64,000 nt of DNA. It comes from Candidatus Latescibacterota bacterium (GTDB lineage: Bacteria; Latescibacterota; UBA2968). Positions 10,402 to 20,983 of this stretch are shown in pieces (position 1 is the first letter of the stretch; every line of letters begins with the position of its first letter). The notes beneath the pieces are model-generated. The model saw nothing but the letters and a program-made list of their open reading frames with translations, made no database searches and had not been told where the DNA came from. The stretch lies in assembly GCA_965208125.1 (NCBI GenBank), contig OZ242320.1, positions 3,392,001-3,456,000 on the forward strand. Direction: 5' to 3'. The translations under genes were made by a program, and so were the position numbers.

Positions 10402-10414
10402 GAATGTTGTTCCC

Positions 10415-11686
10415 TTACTGTTTGTACGTTATCCGACCACCTAATATCGTCATTGTGGCCCGGCCTTGTAATGTCCATCCGTGAAAGGGCGTGTTGCGAG
10501 ATTTGGATTTGAACCGATTGGCATCTACAACCCATTCGAGATTGGGGTCGATGACTGTAATATCGGCAGGTTTGCCGAGGGAGAGGCTACCGCCTTCAAT
10601 GCCGAGGATGCGCGCGGGTTCTATGGTGAGTTTGGCTATTGTATCTGAGAGGAGAAGCAAGTTGGTGTGGACGAGTTTGGTGAAGATGACGCCGACAGCG
10701 GTTTCGAGGCCGAGTATGCCATTGGGTGCGCTGGTAAATGCACCCAATTTTTCTTTTGTCGTATGTGGCGCGTGGTCTGTGGCGAGTGCGTCAATGGTGT
10801 CGTCCTGTAAGCCCGCGATTACGGCTTCCCGGTCTTCACTGGAACGCAGTGGTGGACTCATTTTACCAGCCGTGCCGAGAATGCGTACGTCTTCATCGGT
10901 CAATGCGATGTGATGGGGCGAGGCTTCGCAGGTGACGGGCAGGCCCTCTGCTTTGGCGCTGCGCACGAGTTCGGCGGCGCGTTTGACGCTGAGGTGCAGG
11001 ATGTGGAGGCGCCCCCGGGTTTGGCGCACGAGTTCGATGTCGCGCGCGTTCATGGCGGCTTCGCCTTCTGCTGGCATACCCTTCAGGCCGAGTTCTCGGG
11101 AGACTGCGCCTTCGTGCATGTGTCCGCCGCGCGTGAGTTCAAAGACTTCGGAGTGGGGATAAACTGCAAAATCGCTGGCGGCGGCGCGCTCCAAAAGTTG
11201 GCGCATTAGAGTTTCGGATTCTATGGGGAGGCCGTCGTCGGAAAATCCAACAGCACCTGCTTTGAGCAGGGCATCGGTGTCGGTGAGTTTTTCGCCCTGC
11301 ATTTTTTCGGTTGCACAGGCGATGGGATACACGCGGGCATCTGCCGATTTTGCCTGTTGGGCGATGTATTGGACAATTTCCGGGCTGTCCATCGGCGGTT
11401 CTGTATTGGGCAAACAGGCCACAGATGTGAAGCCTCCGGCGGCAGCGGCTTCACATCCGGTTTTGATGGTTTCTTTTTCTGGAAAACCCGGATCGCGCAG
11501 GTGTACGTGCATATCGATGAGGCCGGGTGCGACGATCTGGCCTGAGACATCAATGGCTTTGGCACTTGCGGCGATATGCGGTTCAATACGCGCGATGTGA
11601 CCGCGCTGGATGAGCAGATCGGCTATCTCATCACGATTGTTAGCCGGGTCGAGGATGCGACCGTTTTTGAGCAGGAGATCGGACAT
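10415..11686 (-). CDS. pyrC: Dihydroorotase (type I)
   Basis: [22 protein letters not shown] and SKSRNTPF motifs; next to carA. Confidence 0.93.
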   Translation of the reverse strand: MSDLLLKNGRILDPANNRDEIADLLIQRGHIARIEPHIAASAKAIDVSGQIVAPGLIDMHVHLRDPGFPEKETIKTGCEAAAAGGFTSVACLPNTEPPMDSPEIVQYIAQQAKSADARVYPIACATEKMQGEKLTDTDALLKAGAVGFSDDGLPIESETLMRQLLERAAASDFAVYPHSEVFELTRGGHMHEGAVSRELGLKGMPAEGEAAMNARDIELVRQTRGRLHILHLSVKRAAELVRSAKAEGLPVTCEASPHHIALTDEDVRILGTAGKMSPPLRSSEDREAVIAGLQDDTIDALATDHAPHTTKEKLGAFTSAPNGILGLETAVGVIFTKLVHTNLLLLSDTIAKLTIEPARILGIEGGSLSLGKPADITVIDPNLEWVVDANRFKSKSRNTPFHGWTLQGRATMTILGGRITYKQ

Positions 11687-11710
11687 TAGAAAGGTTGTAG
11701 ATATCCTCTC

Positions 11711-13012
11711 TCAATCTGCGAAAACGGATTCGGGTACGCGGTCGCGGTAGGCTTCGATGGGCGGTAGATTGCCGTCGGCTTCGGTTTCGAGGGGGCGCAG
11801 TCCAGTGAGGATTTCGAGGTCGTCGCGGATGTCCGCCTGTGCCAGATAGGCTTCAGAGGCTTCGACTTCACCCAGGTCGAGCGTGTTGGGAATCCAGAGT
11901 ACGCGGGCGTCTTCCGGCGCGATAAGGCCAATGGATTCGAGGGCGATGTCGAGGACATCGGCGTCTGTGTCGCAGTGTAGTGGGACCGCCCCTGCTGAAA
12001 CGTGTTGTCCGGTGATGACGTTGGTATAGGTGGCGTGATAGTCGATTTTATCGACGAGGCGCCGGGTGGCAAATTCGGCCATGCCGATGCCGGTGGCGTT
12101 GCCGTGCGTGGCTTCGGTGAGGTCGCGCACAAAGATGCGCAAGACGCGCGGGGTTTCGTCGCCCATTGCGCGTCGGTCATTGCGTTTGCGTCCGATGACG
12201 TTGGTGTCCATGCCAGAGCCGGAGATGTTTTTGCCCATTTCGTCTATGATGAGGAGATCGACATCATCAAAGGGCAGTGAGGGACACCACTCTTTGGATT
12301 TTGCCTGAAGTACTTTTTCGCGTTCTTCAAAATCTGCCGCGGGAATGGCTTCGATGAGCGCGGTTTCGTCATAGCCGTTTTCAAGGGTGGCTACGCCAAA
12401 GGTGATGGGCATTTCCTCGCGTACGACTTTGCCGACTAAGCGCACGATTTTGTCAAAGGAATGGTGGATGATGGCGCGGTGATACACCGAGGCACCTTTG
12501 TGTTTGCCCAGGCCAATGAGCATCATTTTCATCAGTCCGCTTTCAATTTCACCGGCAAATCCCGTATGTGGTTTGACGCGGTTGACCACAATGACGTGAT
12601 CGGCTTCGGATGCGTGTTTGTCAAAGTAGATGGGCATGCCAAAATCCGATACGCCGATCTGGACGACGTCCATCGACGATTTGATCGGACAGCCCATTGT
12701 GCCTTCGGTGATGCCGTATCCAGCCAGGACCTGGGTCTGTCCCTCGGCTGTGCCGCCGCCGTGCGATCCCATTGCGGGTACGATGTAGGGAACAGCGCCA
12801 ATGGCTTTCATTTCTTCGACGATAGTCTTGATGATGGTGTCGATGTTGGCGACGCCGCGGCTGCCTGCGGTTATGGCGACGGTTTGACCGGGTTTGATCA
12901 CAGAACTGGGATTGATTCTGGCGATTTCATCGCGCACAGTACCGGCGATGTCATCGACGCGAGGGGCGTCGAAGTGCTGGCGAATGCGGAACATTTGTGG
13001 GTAAGTCGGCAT
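11711..13012 (-). CDS. Lactate-racemase N-terminal domain (LarA/DUF362-like) protein
   Basis: GSRGVANI, PAMGSHGGGTAEGQ, NRVKPHT and GKNISGSGMDTNVIGR motifs. Confidence 0.75.
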   Translation of the reverse strand: MPTYPQMFRIRQHFDAPRVDDIAGTVRDEIARINPSSVIKPGQTVAITAGSRGVANIDTIIKTIVEEMKAIGAVPYIVPAMGSHGGGTAEGQTQVLAGYGITEGTMGCPIKSSMDVVQIGVSDFGMPIYFDKHASEADHVIVVNRVKPHTGFAGEIESGLMKMMLIGLGKHKGASVYHRAIIHHSFDKIVRLVGKVVREEMPITFGVATLENGYDETALIEAIPAADFEEREKVLQAKSKEWCPSLPFDDVDLLIIDEMGKNISGSGMDTNVIGRKRNDRRAMGDETPRVLRIFVRDLTEATHGNATGIGMAEFATRRLVDKIDYHATYTNVITGQHVSAGAVPLHCDTDADVLDIALESIGLIAPEDARVLWIPNTLDLGEVEASEAYLAQADIRDDLEILTGLRPLETEADGNLPPIEAYRDRVPESVFAD

Positions 13013-13039
13013 GGTTTATCCTCCTGTTGTGATTTGCTA

Positions 13040-14200
13040 TCACATGGATTCTTCGTAAAGGGCGATTACGTCTTTTATCGTTGTTTTGCGCGGGTTGACC
13101 TGGATATTGCCGCTTTTCATCGCGTCTTCGGCCATGACATGGATGCCTTCGGCTTTTGCACCGGCTTCGCCCAATGTGGCGGGAATACCCACGTCGTCGG
13201 ATAGATTTTGCACGGCTTCAACCGCGAGAACAGATGCGTCAACAGCGCCCAATCCATCGACATCTTCGCCCATGGCGGCGGCGATGTCAGCGAATTTCTC
13301 CGGACAGGCGCAGCGATTGTAGTCCATGATGCGGGTGAGCAAGATCGAGTTGGCAATGCCGTGTGGTACGCCGTAGTGACCGCCAACCGGATGCGACATG
13401 GCATGTACGTTTCCCAAACGCGTTTGTGAGAATGCGAACCCGGCCATGGTGCTGCCGATGATCATGTTTTGCGTGGCCTCGTGGTTGTGGTCGCTGTACG
13501 CGGCTTGTCGCAAATTTTGCGAGATGAGGCGAATGGCGTGCAGGGCCATGCCTTCGGAGATGGGGTTGGACATTAGCGACACATAGGATTCAATGGCGTG
13601 TGTCAATGCATCCATTCCGGTTGCTGCGGCAATGGGCAGCGGCAATGCGACGGCCATATCGGCATCGAGAATACCCACATCGGGAATGACATGGGGACCT
13701 GCGACGGTGCCTTTGAAGAGGTTGTCGTCGGTAATGACGGCAAAGGGCGTGACTTCGCTGGCTGTGCCATAGGTGGTGGGGACGCACAGGAGAAAGGGGA
13801 TGGGACCGGGAACGGGTTTTTCGCCGATAAAATAATCGGTAATTTTCCCCCCGTGATTGACGAGTACGCCCGAGGTTTTTGCCACGTCCATCGAGGATCC
13901 CCCGCCAATGGCGAGCAGGAAGTCACAATTTTCCGACTGGTATTGCGCGGCACAATCCTCGACGTTGCGAATGGGGGGGTTGGGTTCAACGCCGTCGTAG
14001 ATGCTGTAGGAGATGTGTGCCTTGTCGAGTATTTCTGTAACGCGCGCGACAACGCCAGCCTGAACGAGGCCCCTGTCGGTGACGATTTGTGCCTTTTTCA
14101 CTTGCTGTTCGTTCAAAATTTGGGGGATGTCGCCAATAGTCCCTCGCCCCATGATGAGGCGCGAGGGACCGTAATAACTAAAGTGATCTTGAAACGCCAC
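13040..14200 (-). CDS. Iron-containing alcohol dehydrogenase
   Basis: GGGSSMD, PTTYGTASE, GMDALTHAIE and HAMSH...PHG motifs. GTG start after GGAGG. Confidence 0.92.
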   Translation of the reverse strand: MAFQDHFSYYGPSRLIMGRGTIGDIPQILNEQQVKKAQIVTDRGLVQAGVVARVTEILDKAHISYSIYDGVEPNPPIRNVEDCAAQYQSENCDFLLAIGGGSSMDVAKTSGVLVNHGGKITDYFIGEKPVPGPIPFLLCVPTTYGTASEVTPFAVITDDNLFKGTVAGPHVIPDVGILDADMAVALPLPIAAATGMDALTHAIESYVSLMSNPISEGMALHAIRLISQNLRQAAYSDHNHEATQNMIIGSTMAGFAFSQTRLGNVHAMSHPVGGHYGVPHGIANSILLTRIMDYNRCACPEKFADIAAAMGEDVDGLGAVDASVLAVEAVQNLSDDVGIPATLGEAGAKAEGIHVMAEDAMKSGNIQVNPRKTTIKDVIALYEESM

Positions 14201-14304
14201 GAGCAAACTCCTCCGCGATTTTTATTCTTCCGATAGTAGCTAAAAAAAGAAAATGGTTTTTGATGGTGTTGTCAATCAGATAAAAACACACCCGTGGCAT
14301 TGGT

Positions 14305-17232
14305 TTAGAACGACATGCCGACGCGGACATAGTAGCCGACGCCTTCTGGATCGGTGAATCGGTATGCCACGCCGAGGCGGTAGCGGATTGCCGAATAGAG
14401 GACGTAATAGTCGATGATAATCTCGGTGCCAGCCGAGAAGAGTGGGTGCGACTGCGATGTGTCGCGTCCCCAGGTGTTGGCGGCGTCGGCGAAAAATGTC
14501 CAGAAGATGCGGTTGTAGTGTATCGGCCACGCCCGCAGGCCGCGATTCTCTAATGCGAGGGGGGCGCGGTATTCCAGGGATGTGGACCAGGCGTGCGGTC
14601 CCGACCGCGTAGATGTATCGTATCCTCGTGCCGGGAAAGTGATCGGCTCAGCGCCTCCGAGGTCGAAGTAGCCGTTATCACTGCCCGGACCTCGAGATGC
14701 GCCAGCACTCGCGCGCAGTGCCAAGACGGGTGCCGCGAATCGGCGTCCTGGAAACCAGTGTGGCAATCGCACGTAGGTCCTGAAGGTGCCTCTGATATCA
14801 TCTACGGAGCGGTTGTTTGAGGCAGGAGAGAGGTCGTGGCGTCGCCTGACGCGGACGGAGAATGATGTGCCGGTCGCCGGTCCCATCTGAAAGGCGTGTG
14901 AGCGAGCATTGGTGGCGGAGAATCGCACCGATAGTTCGCCCAGAGTGCTGTGCGGATCGTCGAGGCGAAAGCGATCTGTTGTCTGTAAATCGGAGTCCAA
15001 TGTCTCCCGATGCTCTCGCACGAGTCCGCCGGAGACGATGAGTGAAACACCGCTCCGCGCCCTTGGCCGCACCAGCGTCATTGATGCTGAGGCACGGCGT
15101 TGCCGCTCGAGGATGAAGAATGTGTTGTCGGTCTCTTGTTGTATTCTGGTGCCGTCTTCGTCCCAGTCCTGCGATAGCGATAATCCGATCACGGGGTTCC
15201 CCAGTCCGTAGTAGCGGTAAGACAAATTGCCTGCTGCTCTTCCGGAAGAAGAGGATTTAGCTGGCAGGAAGATACGCGCGCCAACATTATATGAATGACG
15301 GCGCACGAGGTCGATCCCGGAAGTGCGAGCGCCTATGGATGTGCCGAGTACTTTAGTGCGGGGTATCGCAGTTTCTCCCTTGCGGTGCGTGGGTACTGCT
15401 ATGGAGTGATTCCATACGGGCATCCAGTAGTAGGGCCGCAGGGTCTCAAGAGGTGAGTAGGCACGCACCGATCCTTCTGTGCGTCCGCGCGATCTGTTGG
15501 CGACCTCGATGTACGTAGAGTCCGCGCGAGGCGCGGGTGGTGCAGCAGTGGGATTGAAGGGGATCCGTTCGATCTCCCAGCCATTGACGTGGTAACCGGA
15601 AAAGTAGAGCCAGCGGTCCGACGGATCGACGCTGGGATACGCAGCTCCCGTGCGGAGATTGGTCAGCATAACGGGGGGCGAAACTTGTCCGTTATCGATT
15701 TTTGCGGCGAGTACGTTTGGGATGCCGCTGCGGTCAGATGCCCAGACCAGCCACTGTCCGTTGGTACTCCAGGAGGGGGCGAAGTCGAGAGCGCGGTCAT
15801 GGGTCACTTCGCGGACGAGATTGCCGTGTGCGTCGAGGAGGACGATGTCGTGGTGCCCCTGAGTCCAGCGGGTCGCCGCAATCCATCGGCCATCGGGTGA
15901 GATTGCCGGGTGTGCCCAGTGGATATCCGGGTCGGGGGAGACCAGCACTTCGATGGCGCCGCTGCCGAGATTGACTCGCGCCAGTCCGCTGGTTCCCCCG
16001 CCTTCGGCGACTGCAACTGCCCAGCCTGCGGGGCTGACTGATGGGGCGGTTAAGCGCGCGCGCGTTGTGATACGTCGTACGGCACTGCCCGGGATCACGC
16101 GGTAGAGATCTCTAAATCTGCGGTGCGGACCAGCAAATTCATATTGCGCGAAGACGATGTCGCCATCGGGGGCGAATGCGAATGTGGTGCCGCTGATCAG
16201 GGTTATGGTCGATTCTCCGCCGCCATCTAATCTGGCCGATACCAGTTTTGGGTCTGACCGCCCGTCTGATCGGATGTAGTACAGTGCTGCGCCATCGGGC
16301 GATACTTTTGGGTGGTATGCATAGCGGGCACCGCGGGTTATCGCCTGGGGCTCGGTGATAGCGCCGAATCTGGCGAGACGGGTGTCCAGTCCCTCTGCTG
16401 CTGTTCGCTGTGTGTCTGCCCACGCTTTCCACTCATTCGTCAAGGTAGTGCCAAAGGCGCTGCGCCCGGCGGCATTGAGGCGGTAGGGTATCCACTGTTT
16501 CTCCACTGCTTCGACGAAGGCTATCATGCGATCGCGCCCGTATTTTTGTATCAGGTGTTCGAAAAAGAGCGATCCATAAGCATAAGCGCGGGTGCCACCC
16601 GGCCATTGGGGCGAGTTGCCACTCGTCTGACCGATGGATTCAAATCGCCCTTCGAGAGCTGCTGTTCGCAGGACCATTTTGTGAAATGTTCCCTGAACGC
16701 GTCCGGTGCCAGTCAGTGCAGATTCGTACCAGGTGGCGATGCCTTCGATGTTCCACAGCGGGGTGGTGATCGCTGGGAACACCGGCACGCGCCCGAACAG
16801 CTTGCGAAAGAAGCTATAACGACCCGGTCGGTCTATGTGGAAGATGTGCGTCAATTCATGTGCGATGAGGTTTTCCAGCCAGTCGTTGAAGTAGGCAAGT
16901 CCGAAAGAGTCGATAGGAGGGCGGGCGTAGATGACGATTCGGTTTGAGGGTAGCGGACTCGCGAAGCCATTCGAGACGTCGATGTGATCGGTTAATACAA
17001 GGTCGATTATTCCGCGCGGCGCGGCGATGAACTGTTCGGATAGCCGGGCATGCGCCCATTCTGCGCGTTCCGCTGCCCTGCGTCCCATGTCTTCGAGATG
17101 TGCGGGAAAAGTGACGCGAAAGTGTTCTGTATCGAGCGTGTGCCAAGATTCGTCCGGCGCAATGCGTTGTGCCGATACCGATGCCGTGCATAAGACGATG
17201 ATGGCGAGTACAATTTTTATTCTTGCACCCAT
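14305..17232 (-). CDS. Secreted or outer-membrane protein: HExxH metallopeptidase-like N-terminus, TolB/PD40 beta-propeller, BamA-like C-terminal barrel
   Basis: Signal peptide; AHELTHIFH...IEG; repeated (H/A)PxxSPDG motifs; C-terminal YYVRVGMSF beta-signal. Confidence 0.75.
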   Translation of the reverse strand: MGARIKIVLAIIVLCTASVSAQRIAPDESWHTLDTEHFRVTFPAHLEDMGRRAAERAEWAHARLSEQFIAAPRGIIDLVLTDHIDVSNGFASPLPSNRIVIYARPPIDSFGLAYFNDWLENLIAHELTHIFHIDRPGRYSFFRKLFGRVPVFPAITTPLWNIEGIATWYESALTGTGRVQGTFHKMVLRTAALEGRFESIGQTSGNSPQWPGGTRAYAYGSLFFEHLIQKYGRDRMIAFVEAVEKQWIPYRLNAAGRSAFGTTLTNEWKAWADTQRTAAEGLDTRLARFGAITEPQAITRGARYAYHPKVSPDGAALYYIRSDGRSDPKLVSARLDGGGESTITLISGTTFAFAPDGDIVFAQYEFAGPHRRFRDLYRVIPGSAVRRITTRARLTAPSVSPAGWAVAVAEGGGTSGLARVNLGSGAIEVLVSPDPDIHWAHPAISPDGRWIAATRWTQGHHDIVLLDAHGNLVREVTHDRALDFAPSWSTNGQWLVWASDRSGIPNVLAAKIDNGQVSPPVMLTNLRTGAAYPSVDPSDRWLYFSGYHVNGWEIERIPFNPTAAPPAPRADSTYIEVANRSRGRTEGSVRAYSPLETLRPYYWMPVWNHSIAVPTHRKGETAIPRTKVLGTSIGARTSGIDLVRRHSYNVGARIFLPAKSSSSGRAAGNLSYRYYGLGNPVIGLSLSQDWDEDGTRIQQETDNTFFILERQRRASASMTLVRPRARSGVSLIVSGGLVREHRETLDSDLQTTDRFRLDDPHSTLGELSVRFSATNARSHAFQMGPATGTSFSVRVRRRHDLSPASNNRSVDDIRGTFRTYVRLPHWFPGRRFAAPVLALRASAGASRGPGSDNGYFDLGGAEPITFPARGYDTSTRSGPHAWSTSLEYRAPLALENRGLRAWPIHYNRIFWTFFADAANTWGRDTSQSHPLFSAGTEIIIDYYVLYSAIRYRLGVAYRFTDPEGVGYYVRVGMSF

Positions 17233-17246
17233 CCTCAATCTCTTAA

Positions 17247-19235
17247 TTAAAAATTATGGAAACCGTGTCCAGATCCAGGGAACCAGATGAGGTCTATGAC
17301 CATTCCGACGCCAATGCCGGTGCAATAGCCTATTACTGTGCCGTAGAAAAAGGGTTTTGCGCGTTCGTAGAGGCGTGGACCGCCAAAATGGACGATGAGG
17401 AGTTTGGCTGCCCAGACCATGAGTATGCTCAGGGCGTAATAGCGTGGTCCCGTTGTGTATTGAAATGCGAGACCAAGGGGATGCAGTGGCCAGCGGGGAA
17501 ACCAGGTGCGCAGGCCCGCCAATAATGCGGCTATTCCCGCCCCCAGAAGCCAGATGCCGAGTTTTTGGGGGTCGAAAGATGTTTTTTCGGTTTCGCCCAA
17601 TGCGCGTCCAATTCCGCCAAAAATACCCAGTGGACCTTCCCAGAGGGTCCAGGAACGCAGGAAGAGCGCGGAGTCGCGATAACAATAGTAGATGATGGTG
17701 GCGGCACAGACAAAGAAGCCCATGGTGAATGCGAGAAAGACGACGCCATTCGTCCAGTGTTTGCCGCGTTCTGCGGGCACGTCGTCCATGGCTTTGAAGT
17801 GGTGGGGCAATACCTGCATGGTTTGTATGCGTCCGCCGCCGTAGAATACGCCGCTGTTGACCAGGTGCATTGCGGTCATTTCGCGGGTCGATAGGGTGGC
17901 TGTGCCGAGAATTGCGTTGACAAAGCCCGATCCTTTGATCCATACGGGGAAGAGGTATCCAAATCCGCTGGCAGCAATGAATTTGGAGGTCGCAAAATAC
18001 GCGATGAACATCATTAGTAGATGGACAATTGCGAGAGATAGCGACATGCCCAGGGATATGAAAAAGCTACAGAGGTATAACACGGAAATGAACAGGCCGA
18101 TAACGGCGAAGCGATAGGAGATGGGGCCATCGCCACGGTCGCCTTTTAAGGCGGTTTTTGCGACATGTATCAGATGTCGTCGTGCGATCCATACAGACCA
18201 GACGACGAGTACTGTCATTGCGCCGTGGCTTTCGAGGTTAACGATTTCTCCGCCTTTGGCAACTTGTCCTTCTAACCCGACTGTGAAACCGGTGCGGTTG
18301 ATGATGCCCATTTTGACCACGGCGAAGAGGCCAAAGAACCAGAAGCTGAACAGAAGATCCAGGCTACACAAATACCCGAGGCCAATGACCAGGGGTAAGA
18401 CGCGCAAATAGACAGGCGGAAAGCTCTGCGCAACGGTCATGGATTTGGTGTTGATGCTGTCAAAGAGCGTGATGCGGGGTACGTTGGGAAACCAGAAGTT
18501 GATGATGTTCCAACCAATGATGCCCGCAGTCCAGGCAAAGCCAGCCCAGAAGACGGGGTCGCGGAAAATTTTGGGCAATGCACGGCCTTCGCCAAAGCCT
18601 TCCATGAGGTCCATGGGGAAGTTGACGAGTGGATAGGTCAAGCGCTCGGCATCGGCCCATTGGCGGTGAAAAATGGCGATGACAAAAAATCCAGCGGCCA
18701 TGAAGGCCAGTACGCCAGAGAACCACCATAAGACGGATGGTATCCAGCCTGTCCAGGGGACAAATTCGCCCGTGTGCAGGCCGAAGTAGAAGCGGTCCAT
18801 GATCCAGGGGGTGGGTTCGGGAAATGCCCAGCGGGGCAGTTCATCTAAGAACAATTCTGCCCAGCGATTTTCCGGTGACGCAAAAAAATGGGGTGCGGGC
18901 AACGCGCCGACAAAATATCCCATCCAGCCGACGCCGGGCATCATGCCCACAATCCACATGGTGGCAAAGATGACCATCATTTCGTGACGCGAGAGCACAG
19001 ATTGAGGCGCTATCCGGGCGATGATCATGTTGACCACGACCCATAGGAGAAATCCCAGGATGAGGGCGACGGGAAAACTGGATTTGACCATCGATCCCGC
19101 GTGGAGTACGATTTCGAGGACATTTTGAGAATAGGCCATCAGGCCAGCGGTGAGCAGGCCGAGGAGGATGGATCGTCCGGTGATACGCGGCGATTCGGTT
19201 GGTTGAATTTGGGGATCGGGTTGCGAAATAGCCAT
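17247..19235 (-). CDS. DUF6785/DUF6784-type polytopic membrane protein (putative transporter)
   Basis: Many TM segments; RQWADAERLTYP, WPLHPLG and PFFYG motifs. Start set to ATG at 19235 (GGAG RBS). Confidence 0.8.
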   Translation of the reverse strand: MAISQPDPQIQPTESPRITGRSILLGLLTAGLMAYSQNVLEIVLHAGSMVKSSFPVALILGFLLWVVVNMIIARIAPQSVLSRHEMMVIFATMWIVGMMPGVGWMGYFVGALPAPHFFASPENRWAELFLDELPRWAFPEPTPWIMDRFYFGLHTGEFVPWTGWIPSVLWWFSGVLAFMAAGFFVIAIFHRQWADAERLTYPLVNFPMDLMEGFGEGRALPKIFRDPVFWAGFAWTAGIIGWNIINFWFPNVPRITLFDSINTKSMTVAQSFPPVYLRVLPLVIGLGYLCSLDLLFSFWFFGLFAVVKMGIINRTGFTVGLEGQVAKGGEIVNLESHGAMTVLVVWSVWIARRHLIHVAKTALKGDRGDGPISYRFAVIGLFISVLYLCSFFISLGMSLSLAIVHLLMMFIAYFATSKFIAASGFGYLFPVWIKGSGFVNAILGTATLSTREMTAMHLVNSGVFYGGGRIQTMQVLPHHFKAMDDVPAERGKHWTNGVVFLAFTMGFFVCAATIIYYCYRDSALFLRSWTLWEGPLGIFGGIGRALGETEKTSFDPQKLGIWLLGAGIAALLAGLRTWFPRWPLHPLGLAFQYTTGPRYYALSILMVWAAKLLIVHFGGPRLYERAKPFFYGTVIGYCTGIGVGMVIDLIWFPGSGHGFHNF

Positions 19236-19263
19236 TTTGTGCTCCGTATTTAGAATGCGCGTT

Positions 19264-19292
19264 AATATACGATGCCCGAATAGAGGTGTCAA
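19264..19292 (-). promoter_or_regulatory. Sigma70-type promoter
   Basis: TTGACA-17 nt-TATATT upstream of 19235. Confidence 0.65.
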
Positions 19293-19340
19293 ACGCATGG
19301 GGTAGTATTTGTCAATTTGTGCTATTGGGGTTATTATGAG

Positions 19341-19464
19341 GGAGTTGGGGGTTGGGGACTGGGGGCTGGTGAGTTGGGTTGTTGGGCGGGCTGGGTGCCG
19401 ACCGCTGACTGCTTGGGGGCTGGTTGGGTGGTCGTCTTACGTCTCACCTTTTACGTCTCACCTG
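19341..19464. repeat. Heptamer tandem repeats (GGRRYTG-like, then TTACGTC/TCACCTT)
   Basis: ggagttg ggggttg gggactg ggggctg at 19341-19368; ttacgtc tcacctt ttacgtc tcacctg at 19437-19464. Confidence 0.7.
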
Positions 19465-19470
19465 AATCTT

Positions 19471-19725
19471 ATGGCACGCAAAGATATTCGAACCATTTCG
19501 ATTTTTTGTGCGAAATGTAAAACACTGCTGTACAAATACCGCAAAGGTGGACGAGGCGGGTTGGTGAAGTGCATGGTGGAGCGGATTGCCGAAGACCATA
19601 CCCGGGGGGATATGAAGTGCCCAAAATGCAGACAGGTGTTTGCGAGGTTCAGGATGTATGGCGGGCAGGCCGCGCATAAGATTATACAGGGAAAGGTTTT
19701 TACGAGGGGTATGGCGAGGCGGTAG
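19471..19725 (+). CDS. Small basic zinc-ribbon protein (84 aa)
   Basis: CAKC...CPKC with LYKYRKGGRGGLVKC. ATG at 19471; the longer ORF-track start runs through repeat DNA. Confidence 0.7.
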   Translation: MARKDIRTISIFCAKCKTLLYKYRKGGRGGLVKCMVERIAEDHTRGDMKCPKCRQVFARFRMYGGQAAHKIIQGKVFTRGMARR

Positions 19726-19752
19726 AATGAAAATATAAGGAGCGAAAACACG

Positions 19753-20949
19753 ATGGCTAAATTTGTCGCGAATTACGATGAAGACAAAGTGCCCGATTAC
19801 ACATTGCCCGATCCGTTGATTTTTGAAGATGGGACAAAGGTGGAAAACGCGGCTATGTGGGAAAGACGGAGGGCAGAGGTTTTGTCTTTGTTTGAGACAC
19901 AGGTGTATGGCAAGATGCCGGGGGCAGCGGCGGGCATGCATTTTGAGACGCGGTTTGTGAATGGGGATGCTTTGGAGGGGATTTGCAAGGAAGTTCGGGT
20001 TTTCTTTGTAAAGGATGCAGAAGAGCCGCGAATGGATACTTTAATTTTTTTGCCAAAAGATGCTGATGGACCCGTGCCTTTGTTTGTGGGATTGAATTTT
20101 GGAGGGAACCATACCGTTCATCCCGTTCCCGCGATTACATTGTCCGAGCAGTGGATGCGTTCGAAGACGGAGGGGGTTTTGGATCATCGGGCGACGGAAG
20201 CAGCGCGCGGTAAGGCTGCAAGCAGGTGGCCTGTGGGGAGGATTTTGGCAAGGGGGTACGGTCTGGCTACGATTTATTGCGGCGATCTGGATCCGGATTA
20301 TGACGATGGGTTTCAAAATGGTGTGCATCCGCTTTTTGATAGGCAAGACACCGGGGATGACTGGGGGGCTATTGGTGCGTGGGCATGGGGATTGAGCAGG
20401 GCGATGGATTATTTTGAAAGCGATGAGGCGATTGATCACGCACGGGTTGCTGTGATGGGGCATTCGCGATTGGGTAAGACAGCGTTGTGGGCCGGTGCGC
20501 AAGACGAGCGGTTTGGTCTTGTGATTTCAAATAATTCGGGTTGTGGAGGCGCAGCGCTTTCCCGCCGTCGATATGGCGAAACTGTGGGGCGGATTAATAC
20601 CAGTTTTCCCCACTGGTTTTGCGATAATTTTAAGCGGTATAATGAGCGCGAAGACGATTTGCCCGTTGATCAGCATTTGCTCATTGCTCTGATGGCGCCT
20701 CGCCCGGTTTATGTTGCCAGTGCAGAAGAAGACCGCTGGGCGGATCCCAAGGGGGAGTTTTTGGGCGCGAGACACGCCGATGCGGTTTATCGTTTGTTGG
20801 GAACAGATGGTCTGGATGTTGAAGATATGCCGCGTGTTCACGAGCCGATTATGAGTCGCATTGGGTATCATATTCGCGCAGGTGGGCACGCAGTGACGGA
20901 TTACGATTGGGATCGGTATATGGATTTTGCCGATAAACACTGGCAGTGA
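19753..20949 (+). CDS. CE15 glucuronoyl esterase-like alpha/beta hydrolase
   Basis: [23 protein letters not shown] and [11 protein letters not shown] motifs. Confidence 0.88.
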   Translation: MAKFVANYDEDKVPDYTLPDPLIFEDGTKVENAAMWERRRAEVLSLFETQVYGKMPGAAAGMHFETRFVNGDALEGICKEVRVFFVKDAEEPRMDTLIFLPKDADGPVPLFVGLNFGGNHTVHPVPAITLSEQWMRSKTEGVLDHRATEAARGKAASRWPVGRILARGYGLATIYCGDLDPDYDDGFQNGVHPLFDRQDTGDDWGAIGAWAWGLSRAMDYFESDEAIDHARVAVMGHSRLGKTALWAGAQDERFGLVISNNSGCGGAALSRRRYGETVGRINTSFPHWFCDNFKRYNEREDDLPVDQHLLIALMAPRPVYVASAEEDRWADPKGEFLGARHADAVYRLLGTDGLDVEDMPRVHEPIMSRIGYHIRAGGHAVTDYDWDRYMDFADKHWQ

Positions 20950-20983
20950 AGTTCGACGCGTGGTTGAACAGAAAGGTATAGTT

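Noticed and set aside
9280-11686. carA without an adjacent carB
   Set aside because: Split carA/carB and pyrC-carA linkage are common; not remarkable.
19341-19464. CRISPR array considered for this and the other repeat tracts
   Set aside because: Units are 6-14 bp without unique spacers, and no cas genes are in the window.
19309-19470. N-terminal extension of the 138-aa ORF in the track
   Set aside because: It translates the G-rich repeat tract; the real start is more likely ATG at 19471.
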